Origin: an uncultured Planctomycetota bacterium
GTDB taxonomy: Bacteria > Planctomycetota > Planctomycetia > Isosphaerales > Isosphaeraceae
Length of the DNA: 64,000 nt
Direction: 5' to 3'
Assembly (NCBI GenBank): GCA_963845755.1
Contig: CAWJTV010000003.1
Coordinates: forward strand, 1 to 64,000
Within the stretch, counting starts at the first letter, position 1. Every line of letters begins with the position of its first letter. The notes below the pieces were generated by a model, which worked only from the letters and a program-made list of their open reading frames with translations, searched no databases and had not been told where the DNA came from. Shown one piece after another: positions 32,226 through 42,644 of this stretch. Position numbers and translations under genes: made by a program.

Positions 32226-32697
32226 CACCGATCCGGGCAGCCTTGACCGGCTGCACGACATCGCGGTCCCGCCGCCAGTTCCGTGGTGGCCGCCGGCCCC
32301 GGGCTGGTACGTCGTCGGGGGAATCGCATTGGTTTTCCTCGGCCTGGTCGCGTGGGCCGCGGTCATTCGCTGGCGACGGGACCGCTACCGACGCGAGGCG
32401 ATTCGAGCTCTCGACCGCATCCTGCGCGACTCGCGTGCATCCTCATCGATGTCCGCCATCGCCGAGCTGGTGAAGCGCATCGCGCTGGCGGCGTACCCGC
32501 GCGACCGGGTCGCTTCGCTCAACGGCGACGCGTGGCTCGCGTTCCTCGACGCGACCGGAGGAACCGATGCCTTCACCCGCGGCGCCGGGCAGGTGTTGAG
32601 GGATGTCGCCTATCGGAAGGACGCGACGTGTGAGCCTTCCGAACTTCTCAAGGTCATGGACGTCGTCCGGCACTGGATCACTCGCCACCGATGCTGA
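32218..32697 (+). CDS. DUF4381 domain protein
   Basis: LHDIAVPPPVPWWPPAPGW, YRREA, WLAFLD. Confidence 0.85.
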   Translation: MPDTDPGSLDRLHDIAVPPPVPWWPPAPGWYVVGGIALVFLGLVAWAAVIRWRRDRYRREAIRALDRILRDSRASSSMSAIAELVKRIALAAYPRDRVASLNGDAWLAFLDATGGTDAFTRGAGQVLRDVAYRKDATCEPSELLKVMDVVRHWITRHRC

Positions 32698-33702
32698 CAC
32701 TGGCGTATCCCTGGTTGCTCGCGATCCTACCGATACCGCTGGTGATGCGGTGGCTTGCGCCGCCGTATCGAGAGCGGCGTGAAGGGCTGCGCAGTGCCGT
32801 TCCTCCCTCGGCTCACGCGAGTCACCGGGCAGGAACCGACCGCCGGAGCGGTCGTGCTTCGCGGCGGCCGGGTGCGGTCGGTCGTGCTCGTCGCCGGCTG
32901 GTCGTGCGTCGTCGCGGCGCTCGTCCGCCCGCAGTGGCTCGAGCCGCCGATCAATCGCACCGTCCCCGTCCGCGATCTGATGCTGGCGGTGGACCTGTCC
33001 GGCTCGATGGAGACGCAAGACTTCACCGATTCATCCGGCAGGACGGTGGACCGGCTGACCGCGGTGAAGCAGGTGCTCGGCGACTTCCTCGTCCGTCGGA
33101 AGGGCGATCGCGTGGGACTGATCGTGTTCGGGAACGCACCGTTCGTGCAGGCCCCGTTCACGCAAGACCTCGATGTGTGTCGCGAGTTGTTGTCCGAGAC
33201 GCGCGTCGGCATGGCGGGTCCGAAGACCGCGTTCGGCGATTCGATCGGACTGGCCATCACCGTATTCGACCGGAGCGACATGCCGGAGAAAGTGCTGATT
33301 GCCCTGACCGACGGCAATGACACCGGGAGCCAGGTCCCGCCGGAGAAGGCCGCCGCGGTCGCGAAGGACAAGGGCATTGTCATCCACACGGTCGCGGTCG
33401 GCGATCCCACGGCGGCGGGCGAGGACAAGCTCGACGAGGAAACGCTCCGGCGCGTCGCCTCGGTCACCGGCGGGACCTACTCACACGCCGGGAACCGTTC
33501 GGAGCTCGAGGCGATCTACGTGCGGCTGGACCAGCTCCCGACGCGCAAGGCGCGGACGACCACGCACCGGCCGCGACGCGACCTGTTCCACTGGCCGCTC
33601 GCCGTAGGGCTGGTGCTGAGCTTCCTGCCAACGGCGGTCGGGTTATTCGCGAACCGGATGCGGAATCCGGCGACCTCGCCGGCCCCCGCTCGAGCAGCGT
33701 GA
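32691..33702 (+). CDS. BatA-like VWA domain protein, frameshift near 32790
   Basis: DLSGSM MIDAS motif, DRVGLIVFG, TAFGD, LTDG. Confidence 0.88.
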
Positions 33703-33709
33703 GGTCATC

Positions 33710-34636
33710 ATGTCCGAATTCCACTTCCTTCGCGCGTGGTGGCTGCTGGCGATCATCCCCGCTGGGATCCTGGCATGGCGGTTGTGGGCGACCGAGGACG
33801 CGGCCCGTCCTTGGCGCAGGCTGGTCGCCCCGCATCTCCTCCCGCACCTGCTCACCGGTGGCGAGGAACGGCGTGGGTTTCGCCCCGTGACGGTGCTTCC
33901 CGTCGTCTGGGTGCTGGGCGCCGTCGCGCTGGCCGGGCCGACCTGGGAACGCGAGCCGGCGCCGTTCGCCGAGGATCAGGCCGTGCTCGCGATCGTCGTG
34001 AAGGTCACGCCGTCGATGCAATCGCAGGACGTCCAGCCGACACGGCTGGCCCGCGCGACCGAAAAGATCCACGACTTGCTCGCGGTACGACCCGGGGCGA
34101 AGACCGCCCTCTTCGCCTATGCCGGCAGTGCGCATCGCGTGATGCCGCTGACTTCCGACGCCGGGATCATCGACGCGTTCGCGGCGGAACTGGCCCCCGA
34201 CGTGATGCCGGTCGAGGGATCGCGTGCCGGCGACGCCCTGACCGCGGCCGACGAGACGGTGAAGAAGGCCGGACAAGCGGGGTGGGTGCTCTGGATCGCC
34301 GACGGCGCGTCGCCGGACGAGGTGCAGGCACTCCAGAAGTACCAGGGCGCGGGTCGTACGCCCGTGACCGTGCTCGCCGCGTCCGGTGAGGGGCCCGAGT
34401 TGGAATCCCTGAAGCAGGCGGCTTCGGTGCTCGACGCCCCGCTGGTGCGGCTGACGCCGGACGACGCGGACGTGCGGCAACTCGGCCGCAACACGCGGTT
34501 CTCGGCCGTATCGGAGCAAGCGGGCGGAGAGCGGTGGAAGGACTTCGGCTACTGGCTCGTCCCACCGCTCGCACTGGTGTCGCTCCTGTGGTTCCGCCGA
34601 GGTTGGATGATTCGATCCGCCGGAGGTGTTGCATGA
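33710..34636 (+). CDS. BatB-like VWA domain protein
   Basis: FHFLRAWWL, ALAGPTW, DVQPTRL, YAGSAH..PLT. Confidence 0.85.
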   Translation: MSEFHFLRAWWLLAIIPAGILAWRLWATEDAARPWRRLVAPHLLPHLLTGGEERRGFRPVTVLPVVWVLGAVALAGPTWEREPAPFAEDQAVLAIVVKVTPSMQSQDVQPTRLARATEKIHDLLAVRPGAKTALFAYAGSAHRVMPLTSDAGIIDAFAAELAPDVMPVEGSRAGDALTAADETVKKAGQAGWVLWIADGASPDEVQALQKYQGAGRTPVTVLAASGEGPELESLKQAASVLDAPLVRLTPDDADVRQLGRNTRFSAVSEQAGGERWKDFGYWLVPPLALVSLLWFRRGWMIRSAGGVA

Positions 34637-35265
34637 CGTCCCGCCGCCCGACGGTTCTGTTCGCGGCGTCCGTGCTGCTGGCCGGGGCCGCACTCGCGTT
34701 CGCTTCGAACCGAAACCCGAACTTCTGGTCGAAACCGGACCGACGGGGCGACCGGTTGCTCCGTGTTGGCCGGTTCGAGGATGCGGCGAAGGCATACAGC
34801 GACCCGTACCGCCGGGGTGTCGCCCTCTACCGCGCCGGCGAGTTCAAGGAAGCAGCCGCGGCGTTCGCCACGATCGGTACGCCGGAAGCCGCGTACGACC
34901 GCGGCAACAGTCTCGTGATGCTCGGCAAGTACGACGACGCGATCGCGAGCTACGACCGGGCGATGTCGCTCCGGGCGAACTGGCGCGAATGCGAGGAGAA
35001 CCGGGCGGTCGCCGTGGTGCGCCGGGACCGGTTGAAGTTTGGCGGCGGTGACGCGACCGGCGGGCAGGTGAAGGCCGACAAGATCGTTTTCGAGAAGGGC
35101 AAGAAATCGAACACGGGTCAGGAGACCGAAGTCGCCGGCAGCGACCCCCTGAACGACGAGCAGTTGCGCGGGCTCTGGCTGCGTCGCGTGCAGACGAAGC
35201 CCGCGGACTTCCTGCGCTCCAAGTTCGCGTTCCAGGCCCAGTCGATGGAGGCAAATTCACCATGA
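34633..35265 (+). CDS. TPR protein (BatC-like)
   Basis: GVALYRAGEF, AYDRGNSL..YDDAIASYDRA, WLRRVQT. Confidence 0.82.
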   Translation: MTSRRPTVLFAASVLLAGAALAFASNRNPNFWSKPDRRGDRLLRVGRFEDAAKAYSDPYRRGVALYRAGEFKEAAAAFATIGTPEAAYDRGNSLVMLGKYDDAIASYDRAMSLRANWRECEENRAVAVVRRDRLKFGGGDATGGQVKADKIVFEKGKKSNTGQETEVAGSDPLNDEQLRGLWLRRVQTKPADFLRSKFAFQAQSMEANSP

Positions 35266-36551
35266 GACGCTTCGTCCTGCTGCTACTGCTCTCCACGGCT
35301 CCGGCCATGGCCGACGATCCGCCCGCGCGGGTCAAGGTGGAACTATCCCCGAAAGACGGGGCGTGGGTCGGGCAGCGAGTCACGCTCGCGATCACGCTCG
35401 ACACGCCGGACTTTTTCGCGGGCGTGCCGTCATTCGCCATCCCGACGATTCCGGGCACGGTCGTGCTACCGCCGGCGGGTTCCCCCGTCCTCGGCTCGGA
35501 GACGATTGGCGACACGACCTTCACCACGCAGCGGCATGAGTTCGCGATCTACGCGCAGCGGGCCGAAATCGTGCGAATCCCGGCGTTCGCCATCCGGTTC
35601 GAGTCGAACGCCGGATTCGGCAAGCCGATCATCAGGCGCCAGGTCACCACCGAAACGGTGTCGTTCACCGCGAAGACGCCTCCGGGCGCGGACGGACTGG
35701 GGACCGTCATCGCAGCGCGCAACCTCAAGGTGACCGACGCGTGGCAGCCGGAACCGAAGACCGCCAAGGTGGGCGATGCGTTCACGCGGACGCTGACCGT
35801 GACCGCGGACGACGTGCCGGGGATGGTGTTCCCATCGTTTCAGCTCGACGGGATCGAGGGTCTGGCGGCGTATCCGAAAGAACCGGCCGTCGAACGATCG
35901 CACGGAACGCGGCGCGCTGACCGGTCGTCGCGTCGAGACGATCACCTATGTCTGCGAAGCCGTGGGAACGGTGGCCGTCCCGGATCGCACGCTGACGTGG
36001 TACGACCTCGATGCCAACGAACTGGAGACAGCGAAGGTACCGGGGCGGAACTTCACAATCGGATCCGTGCCGAAACCCGATCCGACTCCCGATTCCGCCA
36101 CACCCGCGCCAGGCGCGCGTTTCGGCGCGTGGGGGACCGTCGCCGCGATCGGGGTCGTCCTCGCGGTTTGCGGATGGCTGGCCGTCCGGCTCCGGCCGCG
36201 GTTTGTGCGAGCCTACGAGAACTGGACCGAGTCCGAGCCGGCGTATTTCGCGAGACTCCGCCGCGCCTGCCACTCCGACGACCCGCACACGGCGTTTGTG
36301 GCCCTGTTGCGGTGGCTCGATCGGTTCGGACCGATGTCCCTCGACGAGTTCGCGCACGGACCGACGATCCGGAACTGACCGGCACGATCGCGGCGCTTGC
36401 CGATCGCGTGTATGGTCAACCCGACGTCCACTCTGGGGCGTGGTCGGGAGGTCAACTGTTCGCCCGAATCGCGCTCGCCCGTCGCAGGCTGCGATCCTCG
36501 ACGACTCGGCCGGGGGCGCACTCCCTTCCGCCGCTGAACCCGGTCGGGTGA
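35262..36551 (+). CDS. BatD-like protein, compensating frameshifts
   Basis: Signal peptide, WVGQ, VGDAFTRT, YPKEP, C-terminal LPPLNP. Confidence 0.8.
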   Translation: MRRFVLLLLLSTAPAMADDPPARVKVELSPKDGAWVGQRVTLAITLDTPDFFAGVPSFAIPTIPGTVVLPPAGSPVLGSETIGDTTFTTQRHEFAIYAQRAEIVRIPAFAIRFESNAGFGKPIIRRQVTTETVSFTAKTPPGADGLGTVIAARNLKVTDAWQPEPKTAKVGDAFTRTLTVTADDVPGMVFPSFQLDGIEGLAAYPKEPAVERSHGTRRADRSSRRDDHLCLRSRGNGGRPGSHADVVRPRCQRTGDSEGTGAELHNRIRAETRSDSRFRHTRARRAFRRVGDRRRDRGRPRGLRMAGRPAPAAVCASLRELDRVRAGVFRETPPRLPLRRPAHGVCGPVAVARSVRTDVPRRVRARTDDPELTGTIAALADRVYGQPDVHSGAWSGGQLFARIALARRRLRSSTTRPGAHSLPPLNPVG

Positions 36552-36687
36552 CGGCTCGCGTGACGCGTCGGCATATTGGCGTCATGCCTAGCTCAAGGCT
36601 CTGGAAACCGTGACCCGCGGGGTGAGATGGCCCCCGAAAACTGGACCACTCGGGATGTTAAACTGATCGAAGTTCCCTGCTCCATCC

Positions 36688-36858
36688 TGGGGGAGCGTCA
36701 AATACGAAGACATTTATATCAATGACTATGAAACGGTGCCGGAGCTGGAGTCGGGCTTGGCGGCCTACTTCCGGTTCTACGATGAAGAGCGTCCCCATCA
36801 GTCCCTGGGTTATCGGACTCCAGCCGAGTTCTATCGGGCTGCGGCTTGCACAGGCTGA
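36688..36858 (+). pseudogene. IS3-family transposase C-terminal remnant
   Basis: SVKYEDIYINDYETVPELESGLAAYFRFYDEERPHQSLGYRTP. Confidence 0.85.
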
Positions 36859-37199
36859 GGGGGCGACATCCCGGGGCTTTTCCCGACCGGCCGAGGGTTC
36901 TCGTCCTCCGGCTTGAGCATCCTGAGCGTGGGCGCTCGGGGAGGCATCGTGGCGGGCAATCCAACAGGGCCCATCCTTCCCAAGAATAACGCCTGGGAGT
37001 ATGACTTCGCGGTAAGGCGACGTCGGTTTCATCGGCTCCCCGGCCGAGAATACGCCTCGGAAGAGCGATCCGCAGCCCCAGCAATAGGGCCGGGATCTTG
37101 TTACAATGGCAGGCACGCATCGCTGCTTCTCTTCTCGGAATCCTCTTGCGGCTTTGCCAGGATGGTTCACCGAGCACAACTCGCTGGGAGCTGATGATC

Positions 37200-40100
37200 A
37201 TGTCGCCTCCGATCGCCCCGTCGCGCGACCTGCTTTTCGGATTGCTCGCCCTCCAGAATGGTTTGATCAACCAGGTCCAGCTCGTGGCCGCCTTCCAGGC
37301 CTGGACGCTCGACAAGGCCCGCGCCCTGGCCGACCATCTCATCGCCCTCGGTCATCTTAACGGTGCGCAGAAGGCCGTCGTCGAAGCGATGGCGGACCTG
37401 CACGTCGCCAAGCACGGCGATGTCGAGCAGAGCCTGGCGGCCGTCTCGGCCGGCCGTTCCACTCAGGAGAGCCTGGCTCGACTCGGCGATCCCGACATCG
37501 AGGGCACACTGGGTCATATCCGATCCCGATCGACCCAGCAGAATGGCGAGGCCGACGCCGACCGCACCGCCACGTACTCGGTGGGCTCGGCCACCAGCGA
37601 CGGCATGCGGTTCCGAGTTCTCCGCCTGCATGCGCGGGGCGGACTGGGCGCGGTCTTCGTGGCGCTGGACCAGGAACTCCATCGCGAGGTGGCGCTGAAG
37701 CAGATCCTGGACCAGCACGCCGACGACCCGACGAGCCGGCAGCGGTTCCTCCTCGAAGCCGAGGTCACCGGCTGCCTCGAGCATCCCGGCATCGTCCCGG
37801 TCTATGGCCTGGGCACCCACGCCGACGGACGGCCCTATTACGCCATGCGATTCATTCGCGGCGACTCGCTCAAGGAGGCGATCGAGCAATTCCACGCCGA
37901 TAAGGGACTCGAGAAAGACTCGGGCCGGCGCTCGCTGGAGCTCCGCAACCTCCTGAAACGGTTCACCGACGTCTGCAACGCGATCGAGTACGCCCATAGC
38001 CGGGGCGTGCTGCACCGCGACATCAAGCCGGGCAACATCATCGTCGGCAAGCACGGCGAGACGCTGGTGGTCAACTGGGGCCTCGCCAAGGCCCAGGGAC
38101 GAATCGAGCCGGGATTGGACTCGGGCGAGCGGACGCTCGTCCCCTCATCGGCCAGCGGCTCAGCCTCGACACTCCCCGGCTCGGCACTGGGGACGCCGGC
38201 CTACATGAGCCCGGAACAAGCGGAGGGCGACCTGGAGCGCCTCGGGCCGCGCAGCGACGTCTACAGCCTGGGCGCGACCCTTTACTGCCTCCTGGTCGGC
38301 AAGCCGCCCTTCGCGGGGGACCTGGCCGAGGTGATCCGCGGCGTGCAGAAGGGGGTATTCCCGCCGCCCCGCCAGATCGACCCCTCCATCGACCCGGCGC
38401 TGGAGGCGGTCTGCCTCAAGGCCATGGCCCTGAAGCCGGCCGATCGTTACGCCTCACCCCGGGCGCTGACCGATGATGTGGAGCGGTGTATGGCCGATGA
38501 GCCGGTGACTGCCTGGCGCGAACCGCTCGTGCGGCGGGCGCGGCGATGGGCACGGCAACGCCGGACGGGGGTCACGGCGGCAGCCATTGCGGTCCTGGTG
38601 GCCCTCATGGGGACAGCCGCCGTCCTGGCTGTTCAGACCCGGGCGAACCGCGAGTTGAAGCGAGCCAACACGGACCTCGCCGTCGCCAACGTCAAGGTGA
38701 CCCGGGCCAACGCCGATCTGGCCGCCTCCAACCAGCGCGAGAGCGCCCGCTTCGCGCTGGCACAGGAGGCGATTCGGACGTTTCACTCCGGCGTCAGCGA
38801 AGACATCTTACTGAAGCAAGAGGAGTTCAAGGCGCTGCGGACGAGGCTCTTGCACGGGGCCCGCGAGTTCTACCGCAAACTGGAGGATCTGTTGCAGGGT
38901 TCGGCCGATCGCGACTCCCGCCTGGCCCTGGGCCGAGCCTATTATGAGGTCGGAAAACTTTCGAAGCAGCTCGACTCGATCGAGGAGGCCCAGGAGATTC
39001 TCCGTCGCGCTCAGGTCCTGTTCGAAGCCCTTTCCCGCGAGGACCCGGCTGATCCGGAACCGCGGCACGCGTTGGCGCGGGTCCTGTATTCTCTCGCTCC
39101 CAGCCTGAGCAGCGTTGGGCGGCAAAAGGAAGCCTTTGCGGCAACGGAACGGTCGAGGCAGCTACTCCGGGCGCTGTCTGAGGCTCAACCGGCCGACCGC
39201 CAGCTCCGGGCTGAATATACAGGTTGCGAGATGCTTTATGCGACGTTACTCCAGCATGTCGAACATCGCGACTCCGAGGCGCTGGAAGCGATCCGGCGGG
39301 CCCGGTCGACCCTCGAGACCTCGGTTCCGGTCGATCCGGCGGCCCACGAGTTCGCCGCTCAACTCCTGGATGTGTACGGCGTCCAGGCCGAGATCCTGAA
39401 TCAGACCGGTCGGCGGGACGAGGCGATCACGTCCTGGCAGAAGGCCCGCGACATCGGCGAGGCGCTGTTCCGAGCGAAACCCGAGGACGCCACGACCAGT
39501 CATGATCTAGTCAGGACCCTTGGCAACATGGGGGTCGTCCTGCGCGACCGTCCCGTCGAGGCGCTGGCGGCCTTCGACCGAGCCCGGGTTGTGCTCAAGG
39601 CGGCGGGAGCCCTCAACCCGACCCTCATCCTCTTCGCCGCCGACTCGGCCTGGATCGAGGCCGCGGCCGCCGAAGTCCTCGTCTCGCTTGGCCGGGAGGA
39701 GGAGGCCCTCGCGGCGCTCGAGCGGGCGCGGGAGGCCCGCGAGGTCCTGATCACGGCGAACCCCTCCGTCACGCGAAACCGCGAGATGTTGGCCCGGGTC
39801 CTCCGCCAGACCGCTGACATCCATCGCCGAGCGGGGCGGTTGCCCGGGGCGCTGGCTGCGCTCGAGAGGGCGGCACAGGTCAGTGCGGGCCTGGCTAATG
39901 ACCATCCACAGAACCGCGATTACCAGGTCCACCTCGCCTGGAACTATTTCGCCCTCGGCAACCATTGCGGCGAGATGGGCAAGTCCTCGGAGGCGTCGTC
40001 TTATTTCGACAAGGCGATCGCGATCCGCCGCAACATGATCGCGGCCGACCCGTCGACACCCTCGCATCGAACCGAGCTGGCATCCATGTTCCGCTACCGC

Positions 40101-40481
40101 GCGATCGTGATGCAGAAATGCGGCCGGCCCGCCGACGCGGTACGGGACTTCCGCCAATCGATCGCCATGTATCAGGAGCTGACGGACCCGACTCCAGGGA
40201 ATCGTTACGATCTCGCGTGCCTCCAATCCTTACTCGCCGGCGTCGCCGCCGAAGCCGGCTCCGGCCTGACGCCTGATGAGGGCCGAGCCGCCGCCGAGCA
40301 GGCGATGACCACCCTACACCAGGCTTTCGACGCCGGCTGGAACAATCCGGCCTGGATGCGAATCGACACCGACCTCGACCCGATCCGGTCGCGACCCGAC
40401 TTCCAGCTCCTGTTGATGAAGATGATGGACAGGCACTTTCCAGCCGAGCCATTCTCGAAGGACACATCCGCCGACCGCTGA
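37200..40481 (+). CDS. Ser/Thr protein kinase with transmembrane segment and TPR repeats
   Basis: LLFGLLALQNGLI N-terminus, HARGGLGAVF, VALK, HRDIKPGN, NWGLAK, GTPAYMSPE, C-terminal DTDLDPIRSRPDF. Confidence 0.92.
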   Translation: MSPPIAPSRDLLFGLLALQNGLINQVQLVAAFQAWTLDKARALADHLIALGHLNGAQKAVVEAMADLHVAKHGDVEQSLAAVSAGRSTQESLARLGDPDIEGTLGHIRSRSTQQNGEADADRTATYSVGSATSDGMRFRVLRLHARGGLGAVFVALDQELHREVALKQILDQHADDPTSRQRFLLEAEVTGCLEHPGIVPVYGLGTHADGRPYYAMRFIRGDSLKEAIEQFHADKGLEKDSGRRSLELRNLLKRFTDVCNAIEYAHSRGVLHRDIKPGNIIVGKHGETLVVNWGLAKAQGRIEPGLDSGERTLVPSSASGSASTLPGSALGTPAYMSPEQAEGDLERLGPRSDVYSLGATLYCLLVGKPPFAGDLAEVIRGVQKGVFPPPRQIDPSIDPALEAVCLKAMALKPADRYASPRALTDDVERCMADEPVTAWREPLVRRARRWARQRRTGVTAAAIAVLVALMGTAAVLAVQTRANRELKRANTDLAVANVKVTRANADLAASNQRESARFALAQEAIRTFHSGVSEDILLKQEEFKALRTRLLHGAREFYRKLEDLLQGSADRDSRLALGRAYYEVGKLSKQLDSIEEAQEILRRAQVLFEALSREDPADPEPRHALARVLYSLAPSLSSVGRQKEAFAATERSRQLLRALSEAQPADRQLRAEYTGCEMLYATLLQHVEHRDSEALEAIRRARSTLETSVPVDPAAHEFAAQLLDVYGVQAEILNQTGRRDEAITSWQKARDIGEALFRAKPEDATTSHDLVRTLGNMGVVLRDRPVEALAAFDRARVVLKAAGALNPTLILFAADSAWIEAAAAEVLVSLGREEEALAALERAREAREVLITANPSVTRNREMLARVLRQTADIHRRAGRLPGALAALERAAQVSAGLANDHPQNRDYQVHLAWNYFALGNHCGEMGKSSEASSYFDKAIAIRRNMIAADPSTPSHRTELASMFRYRAIVMQKCGRPADAVRDFRQSIAMYQELTDPTPGNRYDLACLQSLLAGVAAEAGSGLTPDEGRAAAEQAMTTLHQAFDAGWNNPAWMRIDTDLDPIRSRPDFQLLLMKMMDRHFPAEPFSKDTSADR

Positions 40482-40849
40482 TGGCGTTCCGCCCTGCGGC
40501 CCGCTCGCGCCAATGACAATCCGATGGCCTTTATTCTCGGTTTCGGACCGTGTGGACAGGGTCCATCGAAGAATGTTCCCGGTGCGTCTTCTGCCAGCGA
40601 ACTCGAATGCGCGCTCATCGACTCCATGAAGGACTCCTGAAGCCGATGACCGATTTGGTCGGTAATCGGTGCCCTACCATCGGTTGAAATGGGCAAGGGC
40701 GTTAACAAATACCCCTCGGTCGAGTGGTCCAGTATTTGGGGTCCACTTCAGGGAACCGTCTGGAACCGAGCGTATCGTTGCGTGAGAATGGTCGTAGGAA
40801 CCGCCTCCCTTTTCCACTGCGAGAGGGACATTCTCCTTGAGTATCGCCC

Positions 40850-41083
40850 GGTCGAACGTCTCTTGTCCGGGGCGTGATCCAGCGGCCTTCTCCATCTCCC
40901 ATCGAGAGGCGCCTCCTTGAGCCCGACCATCCTGAGCGATCCCGACCGAGCCGATGAGTCCGCTCTTCTCGGGGAGCCCCCCCCTGCCCGGCTAGGCTGG
41001 CTGGTCGTCGTGATGCTGACTGCCACGTTGACGGCCGTGTCCACCTATCAATCGTTGCGCGCTATGAAGAGCTGCGTAGCTGA
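40850..41083 (+). pseudogene. Diverged duplicate of the upstream region and 5' end of the DUF2079 gene
   Basis: Encodes RLGWLVVVMLTATLTAVSTYQSLR, identical to the gene at 42645; aligns with 42578-42812; ends at TGA. Confidence 0.85.
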
Positions 41084-41195
41084 ATCGCCTGGACAGACGC
41101 CCCTGTGTTGTATTCCGGCCGCCGCCCCTTATAATTTCAGAGGCGTTTTGGGACTTTTTCTGCAAATCCCGCGACTTGTTGGGGGGGGTAACGTC

Positions 41196-42461
41196 GTGTT
41201 GGTCAACTTCGAGGTTGAGAACTTCCGCTCCTACCGCGAAGCCAAGCGGTTCAGCATGGTCGCTTCCTCGGCCAAGGAACTTCCTCAGAACCTGATCGAC
41301 ACCGATCTGGGTTTGAAGCTCGTCCGCTCGGCCGTGCTTTATGGGCCGAATGCATCGGGTAAGAGCAACTTGCTTCGAGCCATGGACTACGTGGTGAGAT
41401 TGTTGGAATTCCCAGTCAATGAGGAAGCGCCGTCGGGAGGCACTCGGCCGCAGTTTGCTCTCGACCGGATATCGGTGAAGAAACCAAGTCGATTCCGAGT
41501 ACAGTTCTTGACCGAAGGCGTCCTGTACGACTATTCGATCTCCGTCCGTCCGCAGGCTATCGTGGAGGAGCGTCTCGTTGCGTACCCGCGGGGCCGGCCG
41601 CAGGAGTGGTTCCACAGAAGAGGAGAGGAGTATGAATTCAACGCCACTCATTTGAAGGGACCGAAAAAAAAGCTTCTGAGCGACATCCGTCCGAAGGTCT
41701 CCTTGTTGGCCGCCTACGCAGCCAACGGGCACGATCAACTCTCGCCCCCTTATCGCTGGCTGCGCGCAACCTACAAGACCGTCTTGCCGATCCTCAATGG
41801 GGCTTCAATCCGACGGACCTTGCGGCGCGGCTCTGGCACGAGCTCGGCACTTTGCGCTCCTGGGGGGCTGCCTTCTTGCGCCATGCGGATCTGGGAATTC
41901 AACAACTCGAGTTCGACGTGACGAACGATGATTCGAGAATTCCCATCTCCCAGCGTCGTTTGGACAGGCCGTTGGAGAAACATCGACCCTATTTCGTCCA
42001 CTCCGGAGAGCAAGGCCTCAGCGCACGGTTCGCGTACGGGGACGAGTCTCACGGGACCCAACGGTTGTTCGACATGTTGGTGCCATTGTACGTAGTCCTG
42101 CAAGATGGGGAATTGGCCGTTCTTGACGAGTTGAGTGCCAGTCTTCACCCGTCCCTCGTGAGGGAGATCATCCGCTACTTCCACGACCCGAAGCGCAACC
42201 CCAAGGGAGGCGCAGTTGGTATTCGCCACACACGACTCGTCGTTGTTGAGTGGAAGACTTTTCCGGCGGGACCAGGTCTGGTTCACGGAGAAGAATCAGC
42301 GTGGGGCCACGGACCTCTATTCTTTGCAGGATATCAAGGGGGTCCGCGAGGACGAACCGTTTGAAAAGAGCTATCTGCGAGGCCGCTATGGCGCGATCCC
42401 ATTCTTCGGCCAGCTCGACTTCCCGCCGATCACCGAAGAACCCGCAGAAGCGGACACGTAA
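41196..42461 (+). CDS. AAA_21 / RloA-like ABC-type ATPase, frameshifted
   Basis: FEVENFRSY, LYGPNASGKSN, ESHGTQRL, LDELSASLHP, FATHD, RRDQVWFTEK, YLRGRYGAIP. Confidence 0.88.
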
Positions 42462-42644
42462 GACATTCGACTCGTCCGCACAGCGATCCGACATGCCATG
42501 CGGGTCTTCGCTGAACGGTGTGCGAATCTGAGCATCCACCCCTGCGATTGTCACCCGTGCACGGAGGTCTATCGGCTGGTCGAGAGTCTCTTGTCCCAAG
42601 CGTGATCCGGCCATCAACGTGGTCTCCCATCGAGAGGCGCCCCC

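Larger units (their letters stand above)
36623..40750. mobile_element. Non-autonomous cassette bounded by IS3-type ends, carrying a kinase gene
   Basis: tgagatggcccccgaaaactggaccactcg versus reverse complement of the right end tgaagtggaccccaaatactggaccactcg (25/30); TG..CA termini; ggg on both flanks. Confidence 0.75.

Noticed and set aside
40917..41921. Membrane-anchored ATPase fusion as shown in the ORF track
   Set aside because: The N-terminal part is the duplicated DUF2079 fragment joined by an indel; the ATPase has its own likely start at 41196
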